The translations under genes were made by a program, and so were the position numbers. A stretch of 32,000 nt of DNA from an uncultured bacterium (GTDB taxonomy: Bacteria; Margulisbacteria; WOR-1; CAVSGV01), in assembly GCA_963699255.1 (NCBI GenBank), contig OY969425.1, positions 1,140,001 through 1,172,000 on the forward strand. The letters run 5' to 3'. Shown here piece by piece: positions 9,065 to 17,387 of this stretch. The notes below the pieces were generated by a model. That model worked only from the letters and a program-made list of their open reading frames with translations, was not told where the DNA came from and made no database searches. How positions within the stretch are numbered: the stretch's first letter is position 1; every line of letters starts with the position of its first letter.

Positions 9065-10507
9065 TTACTCTGTAATCCTCACGTTCGTCAGTTCAATATT
9101 TATGCTTCCTTGGCCGACCAGCATAATATTTATCTTATCCGTGCCTTGCGGTATTCCAATGGAAGCTTCCTTTGCAGCGCTGGAAGGAATTATTGATTTC
9201 TGTCCAAGCTGTACATCCTTTGTCCAGTCCGGCCCTTTCTTAATAAATATTACCGTGAAAGCTCTTCCATCTGAAACGGTCCCTTTATAATTGAACACTA
9301 AATGGCCTTTTACTGACGATTTAAGCTCAGCGGACAATCCCGGATCTGATGTGTTAATTGATTTTAAAGTTATGTTGCCGCCTGAAATGTTACCAACAGC
9401 GCCATTGAAGCCGCCCTGGTTGCTCACAACTTCATTGAACGGTTTTCCACCTGTTGTGTCATTAACGGATATATTTCTTGGAGTGATTTGAATGTTTTGT
9501 GCGGACAAGGAGTCCTTTGATGTTTTTACACCTATTGTGCCATTAACGGATAAGTTATTCGAAACCGGAGGGATTTCGTTCTCGACATCTGCGTTTGCAG
9601 TTTGAATGTCCTCCACGAACAACGCCTTATACTTTCCGATCGCTTCAGCATAGGCTTTTCGGGATTCGGGGCTTTCGATCGCCCAATCTTTTGGCGCCCC
9701 GCCTTCGAACTTATTGATATCAAAATAAATATAAGCCTTTACCCTTTTTTCCGCCGCTATTGCTTCCAATGAACCGGACAGAAACTGGGGTTTTCTCACT
9801 GTCTTATCAGTATTATTATTTTCATCACAGCCGAATTCACCGACCATTATAGGCTTGTTGAACTGTTGAAGCTCATCCAGGCTGGAGTCGAAAAGTTCTT
9901 TAAACGACCTCCACTGGCTGCCCCAATCTTCCGTGTTGTATCCGTCGGCCGCAACCCAATCCACATATTTATCTCCGGGATAATAATCATTGAACATACC
10001 CATATCAATATTCGGGTTCCATACCCACGTGATGTTGTCCGCCCCGTATGATTCTATCTTGTCGTGAACATACCTGTATGCCTGCTTATAATCCTCCGGA
10101 CTGCCAGCCCAAGGATACCAGCTGCCGTTCATTTCGTGGCCGAATGAAACAAATACCGGCTTCCCGAACTTCGCCACGCCATCCGCGAACCTTTTTAAAA
10201 GTAGGTCGTATTTGCCGCTAACAATATCTTTCAGCGAATATGATTGATCATCCTTGCCATTATAGCTCCAGGGCTCCAATTTAATGAAAATAGCGCCACC
10301 CCGGCTGGCCATAACGTTCGCTTCCTCTGTCGGAAAGTTCAATCCTGTGGAAAAAGCCAGGAACTTCAGCCCTATATCAAGCTTTTCGCCTGACATGGTC
10401 TCGAATCCTTTCACTTCTTCTTCGGAAATATCGTCGGAAACAAAAGCCCCTTGATAAACACCATTCTTGTCCGGAATTATCTTTTTATGTACGCCATCAA
10501 CTACCAT
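9065..10507 (-). CDS. GH26-like glycoside hydrolase with C-terminal beta-rich domain
   Basis: 480 aa; PVFVSFGHEMNGSWYPWAG (putative acid/base Glu), NITWVWNPN, DWVAADGYN, KPIMVGEFGCDENN (putative nucleophile Glu). SD AAAGGAG before ATG. No signal peptide visible. Confidence 0.75.
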   Translation of the reverse strand: MVVDGVHKKIIPDKNGVYQGAFVSDDISEEEVKGFETMSGEKLDIGLKFLAFSTGLNFPTEEANVMASRGGAIFIKLEPWSYNGKDDQSYSLKDIVSGKYDLLLKRFADGVAKFGKPVFVSFGHEMNGSWYPWAGSPEDYKQAYRYVHDKIESYGADNITWVWNPNIDMGMFNDYYPGDKYVDWVAADGYNTEDWGSQWRSFKELFDSSLDELQQFNKPIMVGEFGCDENNNTDKTVRKPQFLSGSLEAIAAEKRVKAYIYFDINKFEGGAPKDWAIESPESRKAYAEAIGKYKALFVEDIQTANADVENEIPPVSNNLSVNGTIGVKTSKDSLSAQNIQITPRNISVNDTTGGKPFNEVVSNQGGFNGAVGNISGGNITLKSINTSDPGLSAELKSSVKGHLVFNYKGTVSDGRAFTVIFIKKGPDWTKDVQLGQKSIIPSSAAKEASIGIPQGTDKINIMLVGQGSINIELTNVRITE

Positions 10508-10618
10508 TTTTATTACTCCTTTAACCGTCGATCATATGGAATTCAGGCCAAATTTCCCCTCATATATATATCGCCAAATGTAACCAAAAATTCCACTTTA
10601 TATAAATAGTTTCCTTGC

Positions 10619-10624
10619 TATAAT
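10619..10624 (+). promoter_or_regulatory. Extended -10 (TGC-TATAAT) 10 nt before the zinc-ribbon ATG
   Basis: ccttgcTATAATatcatccgttATG. Confidence 0.5.
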
Positions 10625-10634
10625 ATCATCCGTT

Positions 10635-10868
10635 ATGATCCTTTCATGTAACATATGCGAATATAAGATCGAGCTTTCCGATAAAGCCAAGCCCGGCGAG
10701 CGCATCACCTGCCCCAACTGCTTCGCCCAGCTTGGCCTTTACAAATACAAAGGGAAATTCGTTCTCGGCTGCGCTATCTGCAAGGATGCGGTCTTCGATC
10801 CCAACTCATGCGCCGTGTGCGAGCGCAACCGTGAAAGAAAAACGATCCTCGAAGAAGGAAAACTTTAA
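10635..10868 (+). CDS. Small zinc-ribbon protein
   Basis: 77 aa with CNIC...CPNC...CAIC...CAVC pairs; adjacent to the ferritin-like gene. Confidence 0.6.
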   Translation: MILSCNICEYKIELSDKAKPGERITCPNCFAQLGLYKYKGKFVLGCAICKDAVFDPNSCAVCERNRERKTILEEGKL

Positions 10869-10871
10869 ATT

Positions 10872-11384
10872 ATGGGAGATCTACAGGAAGCTCTGGAAAC
10901 AGCTCTCGAAATGGAAAAGAACGGCTACGATCTTTATATTAAAGCCGCGCGAAAGACATCTAACAAACTTGGAAAAACCACGCTGGAAGCTATCGCGGCC
11001 AAGGAGCTGGATCATATCAGGGCTATCGAGGAATTCGCGGAAAACAACTTCGGCAAGGCGATCGAAAGCGTGAACCCTAAAAGCAAGATCGATTATGTCC
11101 GCTCCGTAATGGAAAAGCTGGAAAGATCCCTGGATGAGAATATCACAAAGGATTCCGACCTCGAGAAGGCATATAAGGTCGCCCTGGAGCTTGAAAAACA
11201 TTCATACGATTTTTACAAAAATCTTAATAAAGGATCCAAGAATCCTCAGGCAAAGAAATTCTTTGAATTCCTCATGGGCGAGGAGAACACCCACTACGAG
11301 CTTCTATCCGAAACCCTGGAATACCTGAACAGCCCCAAAGACTGGTTCAGGGAACAGGAAAAATGGATCGTTGACGGCGGGTAG
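10872..11384 (+). CDS. Ferritin-like / rubrerythrin-type di-iron domain protein
   Basis: 170 aa; ALEMEKNGYDLYIKAAR...AAKELDHIRAIEEFAE and ALELEKHSYDFYKNL...MGEENTHYELL give the E...ExxH duplicated four-helix pattern. Confidence 0.75.
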   Translation: MGDLQEALETALEMEKNGYDLYIKAARKTSNKLGKTTLEAIAAKELDHIRAIEEFAENNFGKAIESVNPKSKIDYVRSVMEKLERSLDENITKDSDLEKAYKVALELEKHSYDFYKNLNKGSKNPQAKKFFEFLMGEENTHYELLSETLEYLNSPKDWFREQEKWIVDGG

Positions 11385-11580
11385 CGCTGTCTGATCCCGA
11401 ATTTTCAAAAACCAACAAAAGACCAAGGCCGTTCCTTTACTGTGCTGATTATTCATCAATACTTCGTGCAATCCTTAAACACAGCCATTAAAAAACTTCT
11501 GTTTTCAAACTTTTTATACAGCTTTCCAACTTTACACTTTATGGCGACATTGATTGTCATGATAAACAAAAGATTTATGG

Positions 11581-11586
11581 TATAAT
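11581..11586 (+). promoter_or_regulatory. Extended -10 (TGG-TATAAT) 6 nt before the VIT-like GTG
   Basis: tttatggTATAATccatatGTG. Confidence 0.5.
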
Positions 11587-11592
11587 CCATAT

Positions 11593-12090
11593 GTGATAAA
11601 AAAGATAATAGAAAAGGTGCACAACTGGCAGACAAGGTTCAGCTTCGGTTCAACTTCCGCGGTAATAACCAATCTGGCGCTGATGGCCGGTTTGCATTCT
11701 CAGGCCAACGCGAAGATAAGCATAATAGGTGGAATAATGGTGATCGCGCTTGCCGATAACGTCTCCGATTCCTTTGGCATACACATATATCAGGAGTCCG
11801 AAAAAATCGAAACACTGGAGGTTTGGACATCCACCATTTTCAATTTCATTTCAAGGATCCTCGTTTCTCTGAGCTTTGTGGCTCTGATGTTGATGCTGCC
11901 GCTTAATGTCGCCATAATCTCTTCGATGATCTGGGGGCTTCTTCTTCTGGCCGTTGTAAGTTATATGATCGCAAAAAATGAATCGGTAAACCCGTACCTG
12001 TCCATACTGACGCATGTTCTGATAGCGGTCGCCGTGATATTTGTCAGCAATCTGGTAGGCGATCTCCTGATACATCGGTTTGGCAGATAA
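11593..12090 (+). CDS. VIT1/CCC1-like integral membrane protein (possible Fe/Mn transporter)
   Basis: 165 aa, several TM segments; STSAVITNLALMAGL...IALADNVSDSFGIHIYQESE resembles the first helices of VIT-family proteins. GTG start at 11593 (11614 is an alternative). Confidence 0.5.
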   Translation: MIKKIIEKVHNWQTRFSFGSTSAVITNLALMAGLHSQANAKISIIGGIMVIALADNVSDSFGIHIYQESEKIETLEVWTSTIFNFISRILVSLSFVALMLMLPLNVAIISSMIWGLLLLAVVSYMIAKNESVNPYLSILTHVLIAVAVIFVSNLVGDLLIHRFGR

Positions 12091-12110
12091 ACACCGGAAC
12101 TATATCCAAC

Positions 12111-12632
12111 ATGAGTAATATGGGAAATAATAAAACCTTCAAGAGCTTCCCTTTATGGGTGATAGCTATAGCTGATGCTGTGGCGTTCGGCATATACTTC
12201 ATTGGCGCTTATATCATGTTCAGGTTTAACGCGATCTGTGGATGGCTTTACCTGCTTTATTGCCTTATTGTTGAAGTCAGGATAATGAGGATCTCATGCA
12301 TCCACTGTTATTATTATGGCAAGCTGTGCGGCCTTGGTAGAGGGAAACTTGCATCTCTATTTTTTAGGAAAGGCGACCCCAAAAAGTTCCTGGAAAAGAA
12401 GGTCACATGGAAAGACCTTATCCCCGATTTATTGGTTTCACTGGTGCCATTTTTTCTTGGCATTTACATCTTATTCAATGATTTCAGCTGGTCAATGCTG
12501 ATCTTGATCTTAATACTGCTGTTCCTGACCACTCTTGGGAACGGATTTGTCAGAAGTAATTTTGCCTGCAAATACTGCAAACAGAGAGAGCTCGGCTGCC
12601 CTGCAGAAAAACTGTTTGCGAAAGCTAAGTAA
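12111..12632 (+). CDS. Membrane protein with two C-x2-C-x6-C motifs, function unknown
   Basis: 173 aa; [11 protein letters not shown] and [11 protein letters not shown] flank the TM segments. Confidence 0.65.
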   Translation: MSNMGNNKTFKSFPLWVIAIADAVAFGIYFIGAYIMFRFNAICGWLYLLYCLIVEVRIMRISCIHCYYYGKLCGLGRGKLASLFFRKGDPKKFLEKKVTWKDLIPDLLVSLVPFFLGIYILFNDFSWSMLILILILLFLTTLGNGFVRSNFACKYCKQRELGCPAEKLFAKAK

Positions 12633-12646
12633 GGATCATTCTTATC

Positions 12647-13753
12647 ATGTTCATTCTCTCCATTGAAACATCCTGTGACGAAACCTCTGCTGCCGTCGTT
12701 GAGAACGGCCGCAGGGTGCTTTCGAGCGTCGTGGCTTCCCAGGTGGAGTTCCACAAGAAATACGGCGGAATAGTCCCGGAAGTCGCTTCAAGAATGCATA
12801 TCGAGGTCATTGCCGCTGTCGTCAAACAGGCGCTGGATGACGCGAAGATCCCCAATAAAAAGATCGATGCCGTTGCCGCGACCTATGGCCCCGGACTTGT
12901 TGGTTCATTGATAGTCGGTCTGAATTATGCCAAAGCTATTGCATACGCTTTACATAAACCATTTATTCCGGTTAACCATATAGAGGGGCATATATACGCT
13001 AATTTTATTGCAGAGACGCGAGATGCGAGACGCGAGATGCGAAAAAATAAATCACATCTCACATCTCACACATCACATCTCACTTTTCCCTTTGTCTGCC
13101 TTGTCGTATCCGGCGGGCACACGCAGTTGATACTGGTCAAAGATCACGGGAAATATGAAACCCTCGGAAGAACGCGCGATGATGCCGCAGGGGAAGCTTT
13201 TGACAAAGTTGCCAGATTCCTCGGGATCGGCTACCCGGGAGGCCCTATCATCGATAAAATGTCAAAAAAAGGCGATCCGGAAGCTGTAGATTTCCCGCGC
13301 GCGATGATCGATGATGGATACGATTTCAGCTTTAGCGGCCTTAAGACCGCTGTTGTAAACTACGTAAGGCGTAGTACGGAATCGAAAAGCGCAACGTGCA
13401 TCGATACACATGCATCGATACGCACTTCCAAACCGCTTGACGCCGCTCGAATCCCCGACTTAGTCGCTTCATTCCAGCAGGCGGTCGTGGACATCCTGGT
13501 CGAAAAAACTATCAGGGCGGCAAAAGACAAAAAGGTCAAGTGGATCGCTCTCGCCGGCGGAGTTTCCGCGAACTCAAGGCTTCGTGAAGACCTTAAAAGC
13601 AGGGCGAAAGAAGAAGGATTTGAAATATCCATACCGCCGCTCCAGCTATGCACCGATAACGCCGCGATGATCGGAAGCGCAGGTTATTACTTGATAAAAA
13701 AGGGCAAAAAGAGTAATCTGGATACAGAAGCGGTCTCGACCCTGAGGATCTAA
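12647..13753 (+). CDS. tsaD: tRNA N6-adenosine threonylcarbamoyltransferase, with an atypical internal insertion
   Basis: [53 protein letters not shown]-like [33 protein letters not shown]. Roughly 20 extra residues ([23 protein letters not shown]). Confidence 0.95.
   Translation: MFILSIETSCDETSAAVVENGRRVLSSVVASQVEFHKKYGGIVPEVASRMHIEVIAAVVKQALDDAKIPNKKIDAVAATYGPGLVGSLIVGLNYAKAIAYALHKPFIPVNHIEGHIYANFIAETRDARREMRKNKSHLTSHTSHLTFPFVCLVVSGGHTQLILVKDHGKYETLGRTRDDAAGEAFDKVARFLGIGYPGGPIIDKMSKKGDPEAVDFPRAMIDDGYDFSFSGLKTAVVNYVRRSTESKSATCIDTHASIRTSKPLDAARIPDLVASFQQAVVDILVEKTIRAAKDKKVKWIALAGGVSANSRLREDLKSRAKEEGFEISIPPLQLCTDNAAMIGSAGYYLIKKGKKSNLDTEAVSTLRI
13013..13083 (+). repeat. In-frame short-word repeat / imperfect hairpin block inside tsaD
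   Basis: Exact tandem 14-mer GAGACGCGAGATGC (13013-13026 and 13027-13040) followed by opposite-orientation TCACATCTCACATCTCACACATCACATCTCAC. Confidence 0.75.
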
Positions 13754-14514
13754 TGAAGAAGAAAATATATATACTCCTTATCGTCGTCTTTTGCATTTCA
13801 AGCTTTGCTTTTCTTTTCGGCTGCGGCAAATACGCGGCTCAATATTCCGCTCCTGTCATCCTTGAAAGATTTCCGGCAGAGGGGACCGGGGGCATAGGGA
13901 CAACGGAAACACTGTGGATCAAGTTCAGCAAATCAATGGATACGACCGGCCTCAATTCGATCAATGCTATCGCAACCAACATTAAATTCGCGACCGATAA
14001 TACGGCTATGGTGACATTCGAACCCGGCGTTACGCCCGAAGTCGTTTGGTCCGAAGACAACTCAAAGCTCACTCTTGTCAATTTATTCTTCACCGCGGAT
14101 TCCGGCAACAGGATACACATTCAATCATCCAGAGAAGCCTTCCAGGACGTGAACGGCCTTTATCTGACAGAGAACGCGGACCTTTGGAGCTTCACTGTTT
14201 CGGGACTGAACATAGTGAGCAGGTACCCCACGATAGATGCTACGATCTCGAACATTCCAACGACGGCCGTTGCAACATTCGATAACTCCGTAGTAACAGC
14301 CTCATTCTTGATAAGTACGGGAGAGGGACACACAGCTGGAATGCCGATCCCATCTCCGCCGTCCTTCACCTGGTCAAACTCGGATAAGACTTTGAGCATT
14401 GAAAATGTTTCCTGGGAAGCGGCTTCGGGAACGGTCAATATCACGTATGAAGCAATCGATATTTACGGGAATGTCGTGACGAACGGCCAGCTATTCAATT
14501 ATAATCTTCCATAG
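13753..14514 (+). CDS. Lipoprotein with SbsA/Big_5-type Ig-like domains
   Basis: Signal/lipobox ...FAFLFGCGK; APVILERFPAEGTGGIGTTETLWIKFSKSMDTTG...NSKLTLV typical of Big_5-like domains. Confidence 0.65.
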   Translation: MKKKIYILLIVVFCISSFAFLFGCGKYAAQYSAPVILERFPAEGTGGIGTTETLWIKFSKSMDTTGLNSINAIATNIKFATDNTAMVTFEPGVTPEVVWSEDNSKLTLVNLFFTADSGNRIHIQSSREAFQDVNGLYLTENADLWSFTVSGLNIVSRYPTIDATISNIPTTAVATFDNSVVTASFLISTGEGHTAGMPIPSPPSFTWSNSDKTLSIENVSWEAASGTVNITYEAIDIYGNVVTNGQLFNYNLP

Positions 14515-14538
14515 CCTGTCCAGAACGGAGCCGAAGGA

Positions 14539-15522
14539 CTATTTCATATCATCAAGGAGACCGGCCATTGCAGCTATAACGTCCTTTGTTTCCGGTTTCA
14601 TGAATTCTTCGTAGGTGAATATTTTCCTGCCGCTGTTGAACGCGGAGATCACGGTCGCCGAGTAATACCTGTCCAGCGTGTTCTTTATCGTGGTCGCGAG
14701 CTGTTTCTTAACGATAGCTTTCACCGAATCCATCTTATAAGTGTTGAAACACAGCGCAAACGTGACGTACTCGCCTGAAGAAGTATCAAGCTTTGAAAGG
14801 TGATCCTCAGCGCGGCCTTCCATCGCGCCGCGGCTTCCCCCGATGTCGGCATAATTGATGTCAAAAGCCTTAAGAGCCATGCCCAGATCATCCATGCTCT
14901 TGTCGACCATGGATATGGTGTCCGCGGGAGTATAGATCACGTATCTTTTCCATTCGCTGCCGTTGAGAAGCGCATACGCCCAGCCCAGCCTGTTGTAAGC
15001 CTTTGCGTAATAAAGGGGATAATACTGCGCCGGGGATATGTTCATGCTTTTTTCCGTTGTAAGGTTGGATATCGATGTCAGGACCTCGTTTAGCCAGGAA
15101 TCCGCTTCCTCATACATTTCAAGCTGTTTATACAGCTTCACGACCGAACCCTCGATCGACCTGTGCGTCAGGATCCCCTTCCTGAAAGCGGAAGCGATGG
15201 CATAAGGCAGGACTTCAGCGGCGAGGTCCGGGGTTGTGTCTTTCGCATTAAGTATCTCGACCGCCTTGGCGTTAACAGCGGACAGCGTCGAAAGGGCGTT
15301 ATCATACGCGCCGAGCCTCTCCCTTACGAGCGCCCTCTTGTACAGGTCCGCAAGGGACTTTGTCGGCCTGCTTGCCGTGGAGGAGATCACGTAATCCGTG
15401 ACGTTCTCGCCGAGCGACTTAGAATCCGACTGCGGCATATCCTCGAACGTGGTCGCCATTTCCTGGCAGAAGCAAGCCGTGGACATGAGTAATAGCGATA
15501 TTATCAATAAAATTTTGAGCAT
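14539..15522 (-). CDS. Exported helical-repeat-like protein of unknown function
   Basis: Signal peptide MLKILLIISLLLMSTACFCQ at 15522 (ORF-track start 15564 is less likely); helical TPR-like text such as ADLYKRALVRERLGAYDNALSTL. Confidence 0.6.
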   Translation of the reverse strand: MLKILLIISLLLMSTACFCQEMATTFEDMPQSDSKSLGENVTDYVISSTASRPTKSLADLYKRALVRERLGAYDNALSTLSAVNAKAVEILNAKDTTPDLAAEVLPYAIASAFRKGILTHRSIEGSVVKLYKQLEMYEEADSWLNEVLTSISNLTTEKSMNISPAQYYPLYYAKAYNRLGWAYALLNGSEWKRYVIYTPADTISMVDKSMDDLGMALKAFDINYADIGGSRGAMEGRAEDHLSKLDTSSGEYVTFALCFNTYKMDSVKAIVKKQLATTIKNTLDRYYSATVISAFNSGRKIFTYEEFMKPETKDVIAAMAGLLDDMK

Positions 15523-15635
15523 AATAAACTTTGTAATGTTATCACATAAAGATGGTGAAGGCAATTAAGGCCGATTTAAAGTGCCTATATTAAGATGGGT
15601 ATTCGATCGTTGAACATAATAAGATTTTTCGGGGT

Positions 15636-16247
15636 CTAATTTTGTGAGTATGGGGGGATAAATTTTTCAAGGCGGCATTTTTCAGAATAGAGAATATTTG
15701 CAAAATTTTTCATGTTCCACCCCAGACCTGTCATGCCGCTTCGAGCATCGATCTTGTCCATCTCATTCTTGTCAAAAGTTAGAGCTTTTGACTCTCGATA
15801 AGTATCCAGGCTGGACTTTCCATCTTTGCCACAGGAATAAAAATTAGTGACCCAATGCGCATAAGCATCAATGAATTGCTCCACGATCCGATCCATTACC
15901 CCCACCAATTCCGGGCAAAGTTCTTTGAACATTATGAAGTCTCTTTGTTCATTTGTTTTTTTATTTGAGATGTCAGCCGCGCTCCCCATTAGATTATTCC
16001 AAAGATCGAGCGCTCGAGGTATTTTCCCTGTGGTCAATGATTTGAGACCGTCTGAGATTATTTTGTCGGCCGCGTTCAAGCGTCTTTTAGCATACTTGCC
16101 GATCAACAACGCTTGGTCGTCAAAATCAAGGTCAAGGAATCGCTCTCTGATACCGCGACGGACAGGTGAATTCGGTGAATGCTGCAGTATTGCGCGGCTT
16201 AGCCACCTATTCATTCTGGGATCCGGTTTATAATCGCCTATTCTCAT
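15636..16247 (-). CDS. Orphan protein, paralog B (W-V-T-N-F-Y-S-C-G-K-D-G)
   Basis: 203 aa; shares motif and topology with the 16345..16935 product. Confidence 0.6.
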   Translation of the reverse strand: MRIGDYKPDPRMNRWLSRAILQHSPNSPVRRGIRERFLDLDFDDQALLIGKYAKRRLNAADKIISDGLKSLTTGKIPRALDLWNNLMGSAADISNKKTNEQRDFIMFKELCPELVGVMDRIVEQFIDAYAHWVTNFYSCGKDGKSSLDTYRESKALTFDKNEMDKIDARSGMTGLGWNMKNFANILYSEKCRLEKFIPPYSQN

Positions 16248-16344
16248 AAGATCTCCTTATTTTGACCGGCAGTCCTTATCTTGACCCGTATTTATATCGT
16301 CATATTCTTTCGGGAATTTCGCTTGACCGTGGAATATTTCAGGC

Positions 16345-16935
16345 TTAGATCTTATAACTTTCGGGGAAATTCTTTAAGAGGAGATCGTCCGCATATTTTT
16401 TTATGTGTTGTCCCAGAAGATTCATGTCGCTTTTGTCATTGATCATTTGCATATCATCACTGCTTAAATCGCGAGCTGCTGAATTTTTACAGGCCGAAAA
16501 ACTGCGCTCTCCATCTCCGCCACAGGAATAAAAATTGTCCACCCAATACTTGAATGATCCCGTGAAAAGCCTCGTGATCTCACTGGATACATCCGCCAAT
16601 TGCGGGTAAAGCTTGTTGATCGTTTTGATCATCAGGTAATCGCTCTTTTTATCTGTTTTAATATTTTCACCAGGCTTTTCATAAGAATTCGCAAGTACCC
16701 TGAACCAGAGATAAACTGCAGTTGGTTTTGTTTTTCCTGAAATATGCTGTGATATTAATTTATTGACTTGATTCAACTGCAATTTAGCAACCGTACCGAT
16801 CTCCTTCGCCTGTTCGGCGGGGGAAAGCCGCCGAAATTTCAATCTGTCAGCAGGGGTAATAGCTGATGGGTCAGACATGGCGCGACGTGCAAGAGTATGC
16901 GCGTAAGGCAGCTTGTTTCCAATTATTGTTGTCAT
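16345..16935 (-). CDS. Orphan protein, paralog A (W-V-D-N-F-Y-S-C-G-G-D-G)
   Basis: 196 aa; shares IG..AK..LN...K.IS and WVxNFYSCGxDG with the 15636..16247 product. Confidence 0.6.
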   Translation of the reverse strand: MTTIIGNKLPYAHTLARRAMSDPSAITPADRLKFRRLSPAEQAKEIGTVAKLQLNQVNKLISQHISGKTKPTAVYLWFRVLANSYEKPGENIKTDKKSDYLMIKTINKLYPQLADVSSEITRLFTGSFKYWVDNFYSCGGDGERSFSACKNSAARDLSSDDMQMINDKSDMNLLGQHIKKYADDLLLKNFPESYKI

Positions 16936-17026
16936 AAAATCCCCCTGTATATTTCTGGTAACCTTAATCCTTTTCCGGCATTTATATCGTCATGTTCTTT
17001 CAAAAATTTCAATATATTTATATTTT

Positions 17027-17058
17027 TCTCATCTCACATCTCTCATCTCGCATCTCTA
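17027..17058. repeat. Short-word repeat block upstream of gatC
   Basis: TCTCATCTCACATCTCTCATCTCGCATCTCTA; contains CATCTCACATCTC (17030-17042), identical to 13055-13067 in tsaD. Confidence 0.7.
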
Positions 17059-17061
17059 TCC

Positions 17062-17090
17062 TTCACTTGCCTTATTTATTATTGTATAAT
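17062..17090 (+). promoter_or_regulatory. sigma70-like promoter of gatCAB with near-zero leader
   Basis: TTCACT (17062-17067), 17-bp spacer, TATAAT (17085-17090); ATG at 17098. Confidence 0.6.
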
Positions 17091-17097
17091 CAAAAAC

Positions 17098-17385
17098 ATG
17101 AAAGTGACCGTTAAGGATGTTGAACACGTCGCAAAACTGGCGAGATTAGGCCTCACGCAAGAAGAAAAAAAGCGCTTCACGCAGCAGCTGTCAGGCATAC
17201 TGGAATACGCGGAAACCATAAACAAGCTCGACACAAAGAATGTCATTCCTACCTCTCACGCGATCCCGATGAAGAACGTTTTCAGGGAAGACAAAGTATC
17301 GGAATTCGAAGATCAAAAATCGATAATCGGCAACGCCCCCAGAGAAGAGAACGGCATGTTCTCCGTCCCCAGGATAATGGAGTAA
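17098..17385 (+). CDS. gatC: Asp-tRNA(Asn)/Glu-tRNA(Gln) amidotransferase subunit C
   Basis: [46 protein letters not shown]...NVFREDKV; ATG at 17098 rather than the ORF-track start at 16897. Confidence 0.95.
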   Translation: MKVTVKDVEHVAKLARLGLTQEEKKRFTQQLSGILEYAETINKLDTKNVIPTSHAIPMKNVFREDKVSEFEDQKSIIGNAPREENGMFSVPRIME

Positions 17386-17387
17386 AA

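Noticed and set aside
11385-11592. Possible tRNA or small RNA gene in the intergenic gap before the VIT-like gene
   Set aside because: No cloverleaf-compatible GTTCRA/T-arm or acceptor pairing could be found by eye; only the extended -10 near 11581 is supportable.
13013-13083. Possible CRISPR-like array in tsaD
   Set aside because: Repeat units are 7-14 nt, without unique spacers; no cas genes anywhere in the window.
16897-17097. N-terminal 67 codons of the ORF called at 16897
   Set aside because: GatC homology starts at ATG 17098, directly after a good promoter; the extension crosses the repeat block and the intergenic region.
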